A model generated the notes under the pieces. It ran no database searches. It saw only the letters and a program-made list of their open reading frames with translations, and had not been told where the DNA came from. Shown here one piece after another: positions 1 to 8,836 of a DNA stretch of 54,413 bases (the first letter of the stretch is position 1; every line of letters begins with the position of its first letter). The stretch comes from Candidatus Cloacimonadota bacterium. Its GTDB lineage: Bacteria > Cloacimonadota > Cloacimonadia > JGIOTU-2. The position numbers were made by a program, and so were the translations under genes. The stretch is from positions 1 to 54,413 of the forward strand of contig JAUWPE010000001.1 in assembly GCA_030611765.1 (NCBI GenBank). The letters are read 5' to 3'.

Positions 1-615
1 ATCTCCAAGCCAGACATGTGCATGTGAAAAGTTCGGCTCGAGTGCGAGAATTCTATGTAGTGTCATTTCGAACATCACGTTATCCTGCAGGCGTGAGTAT
101 TCCAGTGCGATCTGATACAAAAGATCGGGATCATTGGTATCTGTTTCCGACAGGTGAAGATATTGCATCGCTCTTGTTCCATCTTCCTCGTGCAGTGCGA
201 CTCTGTACAATTCAAGATTGAGTGGTCCTTTTTCCTCAACCTGCTGAAGTCCTGTCATGAGAATTTCTTTTGCGGGTTCTGTTTCGCCTACTGCAAGGTA
301 ACTTTCTGCAAGCATTATGTACACTTCCGGCAGCACAGTGCCTTTTGCAAGAACATCTTCAGCAAAAGAGATGAGCTTCTCGTCATTCTTAAGATAGTAG
401 AGTACGTTCAGACGTTCGATTATCACCTCTTTCGAGTTTGGGTCGATTCGATAGGCGATCTCGAGAAGAGAGTCCGCAGTGTCATATTGTCCCTGATCTA
501 TTGCTACTTCTGCAAGGGAGTAATAATAAAGCGAATTTGAGGTATAAGCGAGAGAGCAAAGAAATAAAAAGCCGCTCAACAAAATAAGCGGCTTGAGTAA
601 ATTTTTTCCTGTCAT
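1..615 (-). CDS. TPR-repeat protein, partial (C-terminus lies beyond window start)
   Basis: Absent from the ORF track because it runs off the edge. Reverse-strand ATG at 613-615 reads MTGKNLLKPLILLSGFLFLCSLAYTSNSLYYYSLAEVAIDQGQYDTADSLLEIAYRIDPNSKEV... and stays open to position 1 (205 codons). Hydrophobic N-terminus then TPR-like helical repeats. Starts 1 nt after the upstream gene stop. Confidence 0.7.
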   Translation of the reverse strand, partial: MTGKNLLKPLILLSGFLFLCSLAYTSNSLYYYSLAEVAIDQGQYDTADSLLEIAYRIDPNSKEVIIERLNVLYYLKNDEKLISFAEDVLAKGTVLPEVYIMLAESYLAVGETEPAKEILMTGLQQVEEKGPLNLELYRVALHEEDGTRAMQYLHLSETDTNDPDLLYQIALEYSRLQDNVMFEMTLHRILALEPNFSHAHVWLGD

Positions 616-616
616 A

Positions 617-1387
617 CTATAATTGTGCAAAGTATCCGATGGAAATTGAGCGGTCGGGATTTATATATTGATTGCCGAGGAAGTCGCGGAAATTTATTTG
701 TATTCTGATATTTTGTGCAATATTCAGAAGGAGCGCAGCATTCAGATAGCCGTTTCCTTCTCCGAAGCTATCAGTTTTCTGATCTCCGCTTTTGCCATTA
801 TCATTGAAGGCAAAATCGTATTCGACAAGCAATGTTATGTGCTGGTTGATGCTCTTATCGAGTCCAACAAAGAAGTTTAGATTGTCGTCATTATCATCCC
901 ATTCTGTACTGTAATTGATGCCGCCGTGCAAACCGAGGTTTCCAAGAAAATGAAAATTTCTGCTTGTTACTGCATAGAATCCCTTTGATTTTATCGCAAA
1001 GCGGTTTATTTCTGTGCCGTTACTCAGGGAGTCTGTATAAGTGCCGAATCCCCGCGAATCAAATCCGATAGCAATAGCAGGCAGTTTTGGAGATTCGTCA
1101 AAAATGCGGTATTTTACGAACACACCCGGGTAGGAATTCCATTCCGGAATGGAGTCTCCAATGATGTACTCTCCGCCGTATTGGATTCCGAACATGAGCT
1201 TGGGCAGCACCCCTACGCCGGTGCCGAATGAAACGCCCCCTTTATCGAAAATACCGATCGGAAATTTTACTTCCCCCTTTTGCAGAATACCTGCGGTAGG
1301 GCAGTCAATTAGCTCTGTCATCTCCAGCGCAGAAAGAGTCTGGCTTATGATGAGAAGCGCAACCATTATTCCTAAAATTTTTTTCAT
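617..1387 (-). CDS. secreted beta-barrel-like hypothetical protein
   Basis: ORF 617..1438. Start moved to MKKILGIMVALLIISQTLSA (signal peptide) preceded by GGAGG. Alternating hydrophobic/polar strand-like pattern rich in G, Y, F, N. No family recognised. Confidence 0.6.
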   Translation of the reverse strand: MKKILGIMVALLIISQTLSALEMTELIDCPTAGILQKGEVKFPIGIFDKGGVSFGTGVGVLPKLMFGIQYGGEYIIGDSIPEWNSYPGVFVKYRIFDESPKLPAIAIGFDSRGFGTYTDSLSNGTEINRFAIKSKGFYAVTSRNFHFLGNLGLHGGINYSTEWDDNDDNLNFFVGLDKSINQHITLLVEYDFAFNDNGKSGDQKTDSFGEGNGYLNAALLLNIAQNIRIQINFRDFLGNQYINPDRSISIGYFAQL

Positions 1388-1434
1388 GCAACCTCCATAT
1401 TTATACATATGAAAAAGAATTACGTACTTTCTTG

Positions 1435-2703
1435 TCAATTTTTAGAAGATTTTAGAGATTTAGTATTTTGTAGATATCGGTCTTTCCAATAGCGTAATCC
1501 TTTTGGCAGATTATAGGAATTCAGCTTATCCTCAACAAGATCTTTTCTCCATCTGATCTGTACTTGAGTACAATGCTCGTTGTTCGATGCTTTACCAAGC
1601 AGGATCAAACGCATAAGGATATGTTCAAGAGCTTGTGGATTGTAACCTGCTCTTGCTGCATAGAGCAGTCCCAGCTTGTCCGCTTCTTCTTCATATTCTT
1701 CAAGCCGTCCTTGATAGATGGTTTCGTAAATGGAAAGTGCTATATCTTCCAGTTCAGCTTCGACGTCATCATATTTTTCATCGTGTCCGTACAGACTGTC
1801 TGCAAGCATATCGAGTTCTGCAAAGGAGTCTTCTGCGATGATCTGAACTTTCCTTTTTTCCAATTCTTCCATTCCGTGATAATGAGAAACATGCCCAATC
1901 TCATGACCAAGTACTGCAGCGAGTTCAGCTTCATTATCAATAGCTTCCAGCATTCCGGTTGTGATGAAGACAATTCCACCCGGGCAGGAATAGGCATTTG
2001 GTACGTTGATATCAAGAATAAAGAATCTGTAAGGAATGTCATAGGCATCACTTGCCTGAGCGACGAGGAGTCCAACATAATTTACGTAATCCTGAAGTGC
2101 CTTATTGTGGTATAATCCGAGTTCTGCGATCTTATTTGCGATGGCAAAGCCCATTGCTTCTTCTGAGAAAGTGAAGAACTGCGGGGTATCAAAACGGGGA
2201 AGTTTTACGTTCTTTCGGATTTTCTTCAGATTTAACGAGCGGTAGGTGTCATCTCTGAATTGCTCGAAGCTATAAGGATTGATGTGATAACTTAAAAATT
2301 CATCAATAAAATCAATTTTCTCGTCGATCTTTTTTGAGAATTTCCCACTCATTGCTTTGATTCCTGCAGTCATGCCGATCTGTGAAATTTCTGTTATAGC
2401 TTTCTGGGAACCCATCTGAGCAAACAGATCTTCTGATTCTTTCTTGCCCTCTGTAACTTTGCTTGAAATATAGCCGGTCAGTGTGTCCGCCTTTACTTTG
2501 AGCCATGCGTCATTGTCTTCGAGCAAAGTAACTGAATATCCTTCCGGCAGGGTTGCAAGAGGTGGATAGTAGGAGCCGGGTCCGCTTCGGAGATATGCCT
2601 GCTCACGCTTGATTGTGACGTTTCCTACTGCAAAGAGGTTTAGGATAATCACAAAAATACTAAGTAAAACTACAGCAATAAAAAGATAAGATTTCTTTTT
2701 CAT
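1435..2703 (-). CDS. M48-family zinc metallopeptidase with N-terminal SH3b-like domain
   Basis: HExxH motif (LGHEIGHVSHYH) and downstream EEEADKLGLLYAARAGYNP typical of M48. N-terminal TM helix then SH3b-like YLRSGPGSYYPPLATLPEGYSVTLLEDNDAWLKVK. Start at MKKKSYLF after GGAGG; its ATG overlaps the upstream stop (TAATG, 2701-2705). Confidence 0.8.
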   Translation of the reverse strand: MKKKSYLFIAVVLLSIFVIILNLFAVGNVTIKREQAYLRSGPGSYYPPLATLPEGYSVTLLEDNDAWLKVKADTLTGYISSKVTEGKKESEDLFAQMGSQKAITEISQIGMTAGIKAMSGKFSKKIDEKIDFIDEFLSYHINPYSFEQFRDDTYRSLNLKKIRKNVKLPRFDTPQFFTFSEEAMGFAIANKIAELGLYHNKALQDYVNYVGLLVAQASDAYDIPYRFFILDINVPNAYSCPGGIVFITTGMLEAIDNEAELAAVLGHEIGHVSHYHGMEELEKRKVQIIAEDSFAELDMLADSLYGHDEKYDDVEAELEDIALSIYETIYQGRLEEYEEEADKLGLLYAARAGYNPQALEHILMRLILLGKASNNEHCTQVQIRWRKDLVEDKLNSYNLPKGLRYWKDRYLQNTKSLKSSKN

Positions 2704-4916
2704 TATTTTACCTCCAGGGTAAAGATGCCATCCCAATCTTTTGGGGTTTCGTGCTTAAATTTTCTACATCGTTCCAGCATAACACCGGATGCTTTATCAT
2801 TGGTAGGATTTTGAGAAAGTCTTTCAAAAATGTCAATAGCTTTATTCCATTCTGCCTTTTTATAATATGAGAGCGCCTCTTCATAGTCCTTGATCCATGC
2901 ATTGTTCAGGATCGCTTCTTCAGTGTTCTCGTCAATAAGTTCATACACAGAAGTTGGTTCTGTTTTCCCCTTTACACGCAGGCGGTCAAGCTCACGGCAG
3001 AGGAATTGTTTTTTGATCAGGTCATATGTGGATTCGCTTAGCATGATCTGGGTTTTATATATCTTGTTCACTCCCTCGAGCCGTGCTGCAAGGTTCACGT
3101 TATCACCGATCGCAGTGTAGTCCATTCTGCTTTTTGAGCCGATATTTCCTGCAACGATCTGACCGGAGTTCACCCCGATTCTTGTATGAATATGAAAGTT
3201 ATCCGCAGCATCGAATTCCTGCTTTTCCTCTTGTAGTTTCTGGCAGTATTTTCTGTGCTCAAGCGCAGCTCTGCATGCCATTAATGCATGATCATTTTTG
3301 GGAATAGGTGCACCGAAGATCGCCATGATACCATCGCCGGTATATTTGTCGAGAAGTCCGTTATTCTCCAGCACGATACCTGTGATCTTATCAAAATATT
3401 CATTGAGTAATCCCACTAATTCTTTGGGTGTTTTACCTTCCGAAAAGGTCGTGAAGCTGGCAATGTCGGTAAAAAGGACAGTTGCGTTAATGCTGTCTCC
3501 GCCGATCTTTATAGAATCCGGATCAACAAGCAGGGTTTCTATCACATCGGGATGAAGATAGCGAGAGAAGACCTTTTTGATATCCCGTTTGGATCGCCCT
3601 TCCATAATGTAGCTGATCGTGGCGCTGTATCCGTAAGAAAGCACAAAACCGATGAGCGGCATTGAGAGGTTGAGCAGGATCCTGTCTGCTTTCCATAGAA
3701 GTAGTGTGATGCCAACAACATATGCAATAACAAGCAGCATAAGCGGATTTGCGATCTTGGGTTTAAGCCGAATGAAAATAATAAAAGTGATAAAAGCAAC
3801 AAGGATGACATGAAGGAAATTTATCCAGCCGGAAACTATGGTCACAAAATCTTTATTCAGAAAATTGCTTAATGCTGTTGCCCATATCTCCATGCCGGGA
3901 TAGGGGTTAATGAAAGGAGTTGAACGAAGGTCGGAAAGACCTGATGCCGTTGCGCCAAGAATAATATATTTATCTTTGAAAGTTTCGTTCGGAAGCGAAG
4001 GTTCTCCGCCTGTCTGCATGGCAAGAGCTGACTGGAATACTGCAGCAAAGGGATAATATTTGAAAACTCCATCTTTTCCGCCGGGTCCGTACCAGTTAAT
4101 GAAGTATTTGTCATTTTGGGTTACCGGAATAGAGAGCCCATTTGTGATAACGGCATTATTCCGAACAATGATATTTTTTCCTTCCCGTCCCATAAGATAA
4201 CCGCTGTAAGCAATCTGCGGATAATAGTTGTCTTTATAAGAATAAATGAGCGGCACTCTTCGAATGATCCCGTCATCATCGGGACGAATGTTAAGAAATC
4301 CGAGTGATTTTGTGGCTTGCAGAAGCATATCTATGGGTATGATACCGCCTTTGAACTTTTGTGAATAGAGAAGACTTTGCATCTGAGGATCAACAGAGAA
4401 AGATGAAATATCCGGAGTGACATCAGTTTCGTTCATGGTAAATTCGGCGCCGAGAATGACGTTTCCAGCCCGTTTTATAGATCGTGCAAATGCTCCATCA
4501 GTTTCGCTGGCATCTGTTTCAGCCCGGTCAATATCAGGATCATCGAACATCATATCAAAAATGATAACTTTCGCACCAACAGTTTTAAAATAATCGACAG
4601 CAATGCCGTAAAAATTACGAGGCCATTTCCACAAAACACCAAAGTTTTCGAAATAATTTAGACTTGTATTATCAATTGCAACAAGGACTACATTGGAGTC
4701 CGCACGTTCCGGGATAGTAAATTTACGAAAGCGGTAATCAACAGTTTTCCATTCTAATTGTTTTCCAATATCTGTTTCGTGAAAAAGAGAGACCAGAATT
4801 GCAATGATGACTGCAACTATGAGACCTACATACCATCGTTTATATATCTTGCTAAAAAGATGTCCGAAAGTTGATTTTTCTTCAGCGGAATTTTTTTTCA
4901 TAGAAAGACCTTTCAT
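2703..4916 (-). CDS. CHASE2-sensor class III adenylate/guanylate cyclase with C-terminal TPR-like tail
   Basis: N-terminal TM, ~330-aa extracytoplasmic region, then a cluster of TM helices (CHASE2 architecture). Cyclase catalytic core VLFTDIASFTTFSE...YTGDGIMAIFGAP...RIGVNSGQIVAGNIGS...YTAIGDNVNLAARLE. Alternative start at 4901 (MKKNSAEE). Confidence 0.85.
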   Translation of the reverse strand: MKGLSMKKNSAEEKSTFGHLFSKIYKRWYVGLIVAVIIAILVSLFHETDIGKQLEWKTVDYRFRKFTIPERADSNVVLVAIDNTSLNYFENFGVLWKWPRNFYGIAVDYFKTVGAKVIIFDMMFDDPDIDRAETDASETDGAFARSIKRAGNVILGAEFTMNETDVTPDISSFSVDPQMQSLLYSQKFKGGIIPIDMLLQATKSLGFLNIRPDDDGIIRRVPLIYSYKDNYYPQIAYSGYLMGREGKNIIVRNNAVITNGLSIPVTQNDKYFINWYGPGGKDGVFKYYPFAAVFQSALAMQTGGEPSLPNETFKDKYIILGATASGLSDLRSTPFINPYPGMEIWATALSNFLNKDFVTIVSGWINFLHVILVAFITFIIFIRLKPKIANPLMLLVIAYVVGITLLLWKADRILLNLSMPLIGFVLSYGYSATISYIMEGRSKRDIKKVFSRYLHPDVIETLLVDPDSIKIGGDSINATVLFTDIASFTTFSEGKTPKELVGLLNEYFDKITGIVLENNGLLDKYTGDGIMAIFGAPIPKNDHALMACRAALEHRKYCQKLQEEKQEFDAADNFHIHTRIGVNSGQIVAGNIGSKSRMDYTAIGDNVNLAARLEGVNKIYKTQIMLSESTYDLIKKQFLCRELDRLRVKGKTEPTSVYELIDENTEEAILNNAWIKDYEEALSYYKKAEWNKAIDIFERLSQNPTNDKASGVMLERCRKFKHETPKDWDGIFTLEVK

Positions 4917-5018
4917 ATCAATGAATTTAACACTATATAAGAAGGTCTCATTTTTTATGCAATATTTTTGTTTTTATAAGGACACTATTCGGCGTAATCG
5001 TATAATTTTGCACCAAAC

Positions 5019-5037
5019 TATACGATGGTATCGTATA
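5019..5037. promoter_or_regulatory. 19-bp perfect palindrome TATACGATggtATCGTATA within an ATCGTATA octamer cluster
   Basis: Octamer ATCGTATA at 4997-5004 and 5030-5037, its reverse complement at 5019-5026, and CCGTATA at 5041-5047. Lies in the spacer between the serine hydrolase stop (5056) and the cyclase operon start (4916). Confidence 0.3.
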
Positions 5038-5055
5038 AATCCGTATATGGTTTTA

Positions 5056-7197
5056 TTATTCCCGTTCCACCTTTTTTGCATCAAAAGTGCCATTCGGCTG
5101 GATAAAGGTCAGTCCTGTCACTTCATCATTTTTATCAATTATAAATGTAACCCTGAAATTATCCAGATTTCCTATGATAAATTCTGTACCCTCATAAGGT
5201 ATAAGCTCATAAACGGGTTGCCCTGGATATGTGAGCATAAGTGAACCGGATTTATTCAACTCAACTCCTATCTCAACTCCGCCCATTTCGTATTTCCCAA
5301 CGAAACGAATGAGATACTCCGGGGCATAAAGCTCTAAGGGAGGAAGTTTTACAAATTCAATAGGATCGACTGAAGATTCCAGCGAAGAAGAAAATTTATA
5401 AATGTCTCCCTGAATATTTGTATGAAATTCTATGAGGGTATTTGACTCGGAAGGAACGCCTTCAGTGGGCTTGAAAACATCGTAATGCCAGTGTTCAAGG
5501 GGGCTTGCAAAAGAATGATAAACCATATAGAGCTGTGTGCCGTCATTTCCGATTTCAACTTTTCCATAACCTGGATTTTCGTATGTGCCGACGTATGCAT
5601 TAAGGTCGTGGGACGGCTTTGTTCCTTCTACTCGCGGAATTTCTCCTGCCTCGTCTTCCAGTTCCGAATAACTAATCAATTTAGTTAGGTTTCTTTCATT
5701 CCAATCCACTGATTCCATATCCAGTAGGTGATTAATAATAAAATAATTTAGACCGCCCGGATAACCCGAACCATTTTGATTTACCATTATTACAACGCCT
5801 AGATTATCTTCTGGCAATAATGAGACCAGTGTTGAGAATCCGTCAATATTACCCCCATGTTGAACAAAAGGGTGTCCTCTATACGTAAGGATAAACCAGC
5901 CAAGGCCATAGTTTCGGTAGGTAAGCTCTTCGTTAGAGCTTTTTCCGGGAATGAACATGTGTGGCGTAAGGATCGTTTCCAGTGTTCCTTCCATCATAAG
6001 CTGGGTGTCATCGACTTTTCCTTTTTTGAGCAGCATCTTTATCCATTGAGCCATATCGGTTGAAGTAGAGTTTATTGAGCCGGCAGGTCCGATCTCAGAA
6101 ATATTTCTGAAGGAAATTTCTTCCGGCTCGGCTGTTGGGCTTCCATTATAGGGAAGCGCAAAATCATCACTGGTTTGAGAGACATCTACAGAAAAATTGG
6201 ATGATTTCATTCCGAGAGGATTGAAAATTCTTTCCTGCACGACATCTTCCCAAGTGCTGTTTGAAAGCCGCCCGACCATTAAGCCGGCAGTCATAAGCAT
6301 TAGATTCTGATATTGAAAAGTGTATCGGAAGGGCTCATTTGGTTCGAGGTAGCGCAATCTTTCATACAGTTCTTCGCGGGTGAAATAGGAGCCATACCAC
6401 ATCATGTCATGGCGTGGCAGCCCGGAGCGGTGAGTAAGAAGATCGATAGCTGTCATCTGCTCGGTGGCAAAATCATCATACATTTTAAAATCAGGCATGT
6501 AGGTTTTTATCGGGGTATTCCAATCAATGATCCCGTCATCGACAAGCAGTCCTACAGAAAACGCAGTAAAAGCTTTTGTGGATGAGCCAATTGCAAGAAG
6601 CGTATTGGATGTCATGGGCTTGTTATTTTCAAGATCGCTATAGCCGAATCCTTCAGTCATAAGGATTTCTTCGTCTTTGACGATGGATACTGCAACGCCG
6701 GGCACGTTCCATTGAGATAGGGTTGTATCTATGAATGTGCGAATGCTTTGAAGAATTTCTTCAAGATGTGCTGATTCCCGCTCCTTTTCTTTAATGGATT
6801 TTTTATGTAAAATAAAAGGAAAGGTAGCATTATTTTGCGTGAAATCACCTTCAATTGTGTTCATGCCTTCTGATAATGTGCCGTCAAATTGAGGATCTCC
6901 AGGTACATCAACTATATCAAAACGAATAAGCTTATCTTCAATTGAAACAATGTTCAAGGGCAGATCAAACGCCTGCTGTAGAGGGATATCGATCGTACCT
7001 TCAAGGGTCTTTTCATGTATGACAAAATTAACAATGATCTCCAATTCCTGTCCGGGTATTGAGATCGAACCTTCCCAGGTGCCTTCATAGGAAGTGATCG
7101 GATCCGTCTTCATTTCATTACGCCGTGACAGGTCTGCTTGCAAAAGGGGAGTTATGAATAGTGCAAGCATTAAAACCAACATAATTTTCTTTTTCAT
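5056..7197 (-). CDS. secreted serine hydrolase, beta-lactamase/S12 family, with extra N- and C-terminal domains
   Basis: Signal peptide MKKKIMLVLMLALFITPLLQA after AGGAG. SxxK motif (GSSTKAF), YxN (YQN) and HGG triad equivalents of class C beta-lactamase-like esterases. 713 aa, so extra flanking domains. Confidence 0.8.
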   Translation of the reverse strand: MKKKIMLVLMLALFITPLLQADLSRRNEMKTDPITSYEGTWEGSISIPGQELEIIVNFVIHEKTLEGTIDIPLQQAFDLPLNIVSIEDKLIRFDIVDVPGDPQFDGTLSEGMNTIEGDFTQNNATFPFILHKKSIKEKERESAHLEEILQSIRTFIDTTLSQWNVPGVAVSIVKDEEILMTEGFGYSDLENNKPMTSNTLLAIGSSTKAFTAFSVGLLVDDGIIDWNTPIKTYMPDFKMYDDFATEQMTAIDLLTHRSGLPRHDMMWYGSYFTREELYERLRYLEPNEPFRYTFQYQNLMLMTAGLMVGRLSNSTWEDVVQERIFNPLGMKSSNFSVDVSQTSDDFALPYNGSPTAEPEEISFRNISEIGPAGSINSTSTDMAQWIKMLLKKGKVDDTQLMMEGTLETILTPHMFIPGKSSNEELTYRNYGLGWFILTYRGHPFVQHGGNIDGFSTLVSLLPEDNLGVVIMVNQNGSGYPGGLNYFIINHLLDMESVDWNERNLTKLISYSELEDEAGEIPRVEGTKPSHDLNAYVGTYENPGYGKVEIGNDGTQLYMVYHSFASPLEHWHYDVFKPTEGVPSESNTLIEFHTNIQGDIYKFSSSLESSVDPIEFVKLPPLELYAPEYLIRFVGKYEMGGVEIGVELNKSGSLMLTYPGQPVYELIPYEGTEFIIGNLDNFRVTFIIDKNDEVTGLTFIQPNGTFDAKKVERE

Positions 7198-7211
7198 AGA
7201 TACTCCTTTTT

Positions 7212-7329
7212 TGTCATTCTCGAAATCTGATTTATCAGGTTGAAGAATCTATTAACTTATTTTAATGTCTCTAATTAGAGATTCTTCACGGAGTTTATAC
7301 TGAGTGAAACGAATGTATTCAGAATGACA
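7212..7329. repeat. 118-bp composite inverted repeat built from two copies of a hairpin module in opposite orientation
   Basis: TGTCATTCT (7212-7220) pairs with AGAATGACA (7321-7329). GAAGAATCT (7242-7250) pairs with AGATTCTTC (7279-7287). Same TGTCA(T/C)TCT...GAAGA(A/G)TC word as at 11134-11190, 20185-20240, 37898-37922 and 38173-38200. Confidence 0.7.
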
Positions 7330-7484
7330 ACTGTTTTTTTCATTTTCACACTTCTTTTTATTTAAAATTTCTGAATGATCCACAAATAACTTCTCTCATC
7401 TCTTCCATTTCTTGCCTTTTATATTTCTTTCATAACATTTTTTAGGCTACCTACCATTATTATTAATCATGATTGAATTAGTAC

Positions 7485-8354
7485 TCATACTTTCCACCGC
7501 CTGTGAAACCAGAACCACTGGTTAGGATATTTTTTTACCCAGTTTTCGAGCTTAGAGGTGAATAGCTGAGTGTATTTTCCCACTTCTTCATCAAGGGATG
7601 TTGTTACTTTTGGATAAATGGGCTTTTCAAACTGCATCACAAAAGTGCCATTATGCAGGCGGTAGCAAACTGCAAAAACTACAGGAACATGATATTTTAA
7701 GGCGATCTTTGCAGTTCCCGGATTGGTGGATGCGGGCATATTGAAGAACTGAGCCCTTACACCGCTTTTTCCTGCGCTCTGATCACCGAGCATTAGTATT
7801 ACTTTATTCTCTTTGGTAGCAGTCACGATACCCCGAAGTGCGATTTTCATGGGAATTAGATGCACAAAGTTTGATTCCCGCAGGTTATTCACAAAGTCAT
7901 CGAAGAAAGGGTTTTTCTGCTTCTTTGCAACAGCATAAACTTTTTTTGTGAGATTCCCAAGAAGCTGCGCAGCCAGTTCCCAATTGCCAAAATGTCCTGT
8001 AAATATAATGCATCCTTTGTTGTGGGAAAGAGCTTCATTCAAATGCTCCAATCCTTTAAATTGTATGAATTGGTCAAAACTTTCAAGACGTTTCGGAGAA
8101 AACCAGCAGAATTCTACAGCTACATATCCAAATGAGATATTTATCTCTCGAATCAGCTCATAAATTTCCTTTTCAGATTTTGTCGGATATGCTTCTTTCA
8201 ATTGTCTTTTCACGACAGCACATCGCACTTTTACTATACGAAAGTTAAGCAGACCAAGCGTTCGACCAATACGTCGTGCGGCGGGAAGTGAAAACAGGTT
8301 TATTATTTTGAATAGAATCCGGAAGAGCAATGTCTCGATGTAATAATTGAACAT
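7485..8354 (-). CDS. lipid A biosynthesis (Kdo)2-lipid IVA acyltransferase family protein (LpxL/LpxM-like)
   Basis: 289 aa with N-terminal membrane anchor. Acyltransferase HX4(D/E) box in FTGHFGNWE. Length and layout typical of the HtrB/MsbB family. Start overlaps the comEB stop (TAATG, 8352-8356). Confidence 0.75.
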   Translation of the reverse strand: MFNYYIETLLFRILFKIINLFSLPAARRIGRTLGLLNFRIVKVRCAVVKRQLKEAYPTKSEKEIYELIREINISFGYVAVEFCWFSPKRLESFDQFIQFKGLEHLNEALSHNKGCIIFTGHFGNWELAAQLLGNLTKKVYAVAKKQKNPFFDDFVNNLRESNFVHLIPMKIALRGIVTATKENKVILMLGDQSAGKSGVRAQFFNMPASTNPGTAKIALKYHVPVVFAVCYRLHNGTFVMQFEKPIYPKVTTSLDEEVGKYTQLFTSKLENWVKKYPNQWFWFHRRWKV

Positions 8355-8836
8355 TAAAATATTTTTTTTAGGTGACTTTTTGCGTTCATATTCATGAGAA
8401 TGACATTCACGTCAGCATCTGCGAACATGCTTTCTGCGAGTTTGTCCGGATAGGAATCGGCGATGTACACATTTTTTATTTCTGCATTGACGATTATTTT
8501 TGCACAGATCGAACAAGGTTGACATGTGCAATACATGGTTCCGCCTTTTACCGATACACCGTTAACCGCAGCTTGAATGATCGCATTCTGTTCTGCATGA
8601 ACGCCACGGCACAATTCATGACGTTCACCGGCAGGCACTTTCATTTTTGTTCTCAGGCATCCAACATCCTCGCAGTGGGGAACCCCTTTCGGCGCACCGT
8701 TATATCCGGTAGAAAGTATCTGATTTTCACGCACTATTATTGCACCAACTTTTCTTCGAAGGCAGGTAGAACGTGATGCAACGAGTTCTGCAATTTTCAT
8801 AAAATATTCATTCCATAATGGTCTGGCATTCTTCAT
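8354..8836 (-). CDS. comEB: dCMP deaminase (ComEB family)
   Basis: Cytidine/deoxycytidylate deaminase zinc motifs HAEQNAI and PCSICA (CxxC); 160 aa. Confidence 0.85.
   Translation of the reverse strand: MKNARPLWNEYFMKIAELVASRSTCLRRKVGAIIVRENQILSTGYNGAPKGVPHCEDVGCLRTKMKVPAGERHELCRGVHAEQNAIIQAAVNGVSVKGGTMYCTCQPCSICAKIIVNAEIKNVYIADSYPDKLAESMFADADVNVILMNMNAKSHLKKIF

Noticed and set aside
18-540. Plus-strand ORFs 18..221 and 154..540
   Set aside because: They lie antisense to a much longer, TPR-like minus-strand frame that is open from 615 to the window edge and starts right after the upstream gene. Their products are low-complexity and Cys/Phe-rich.
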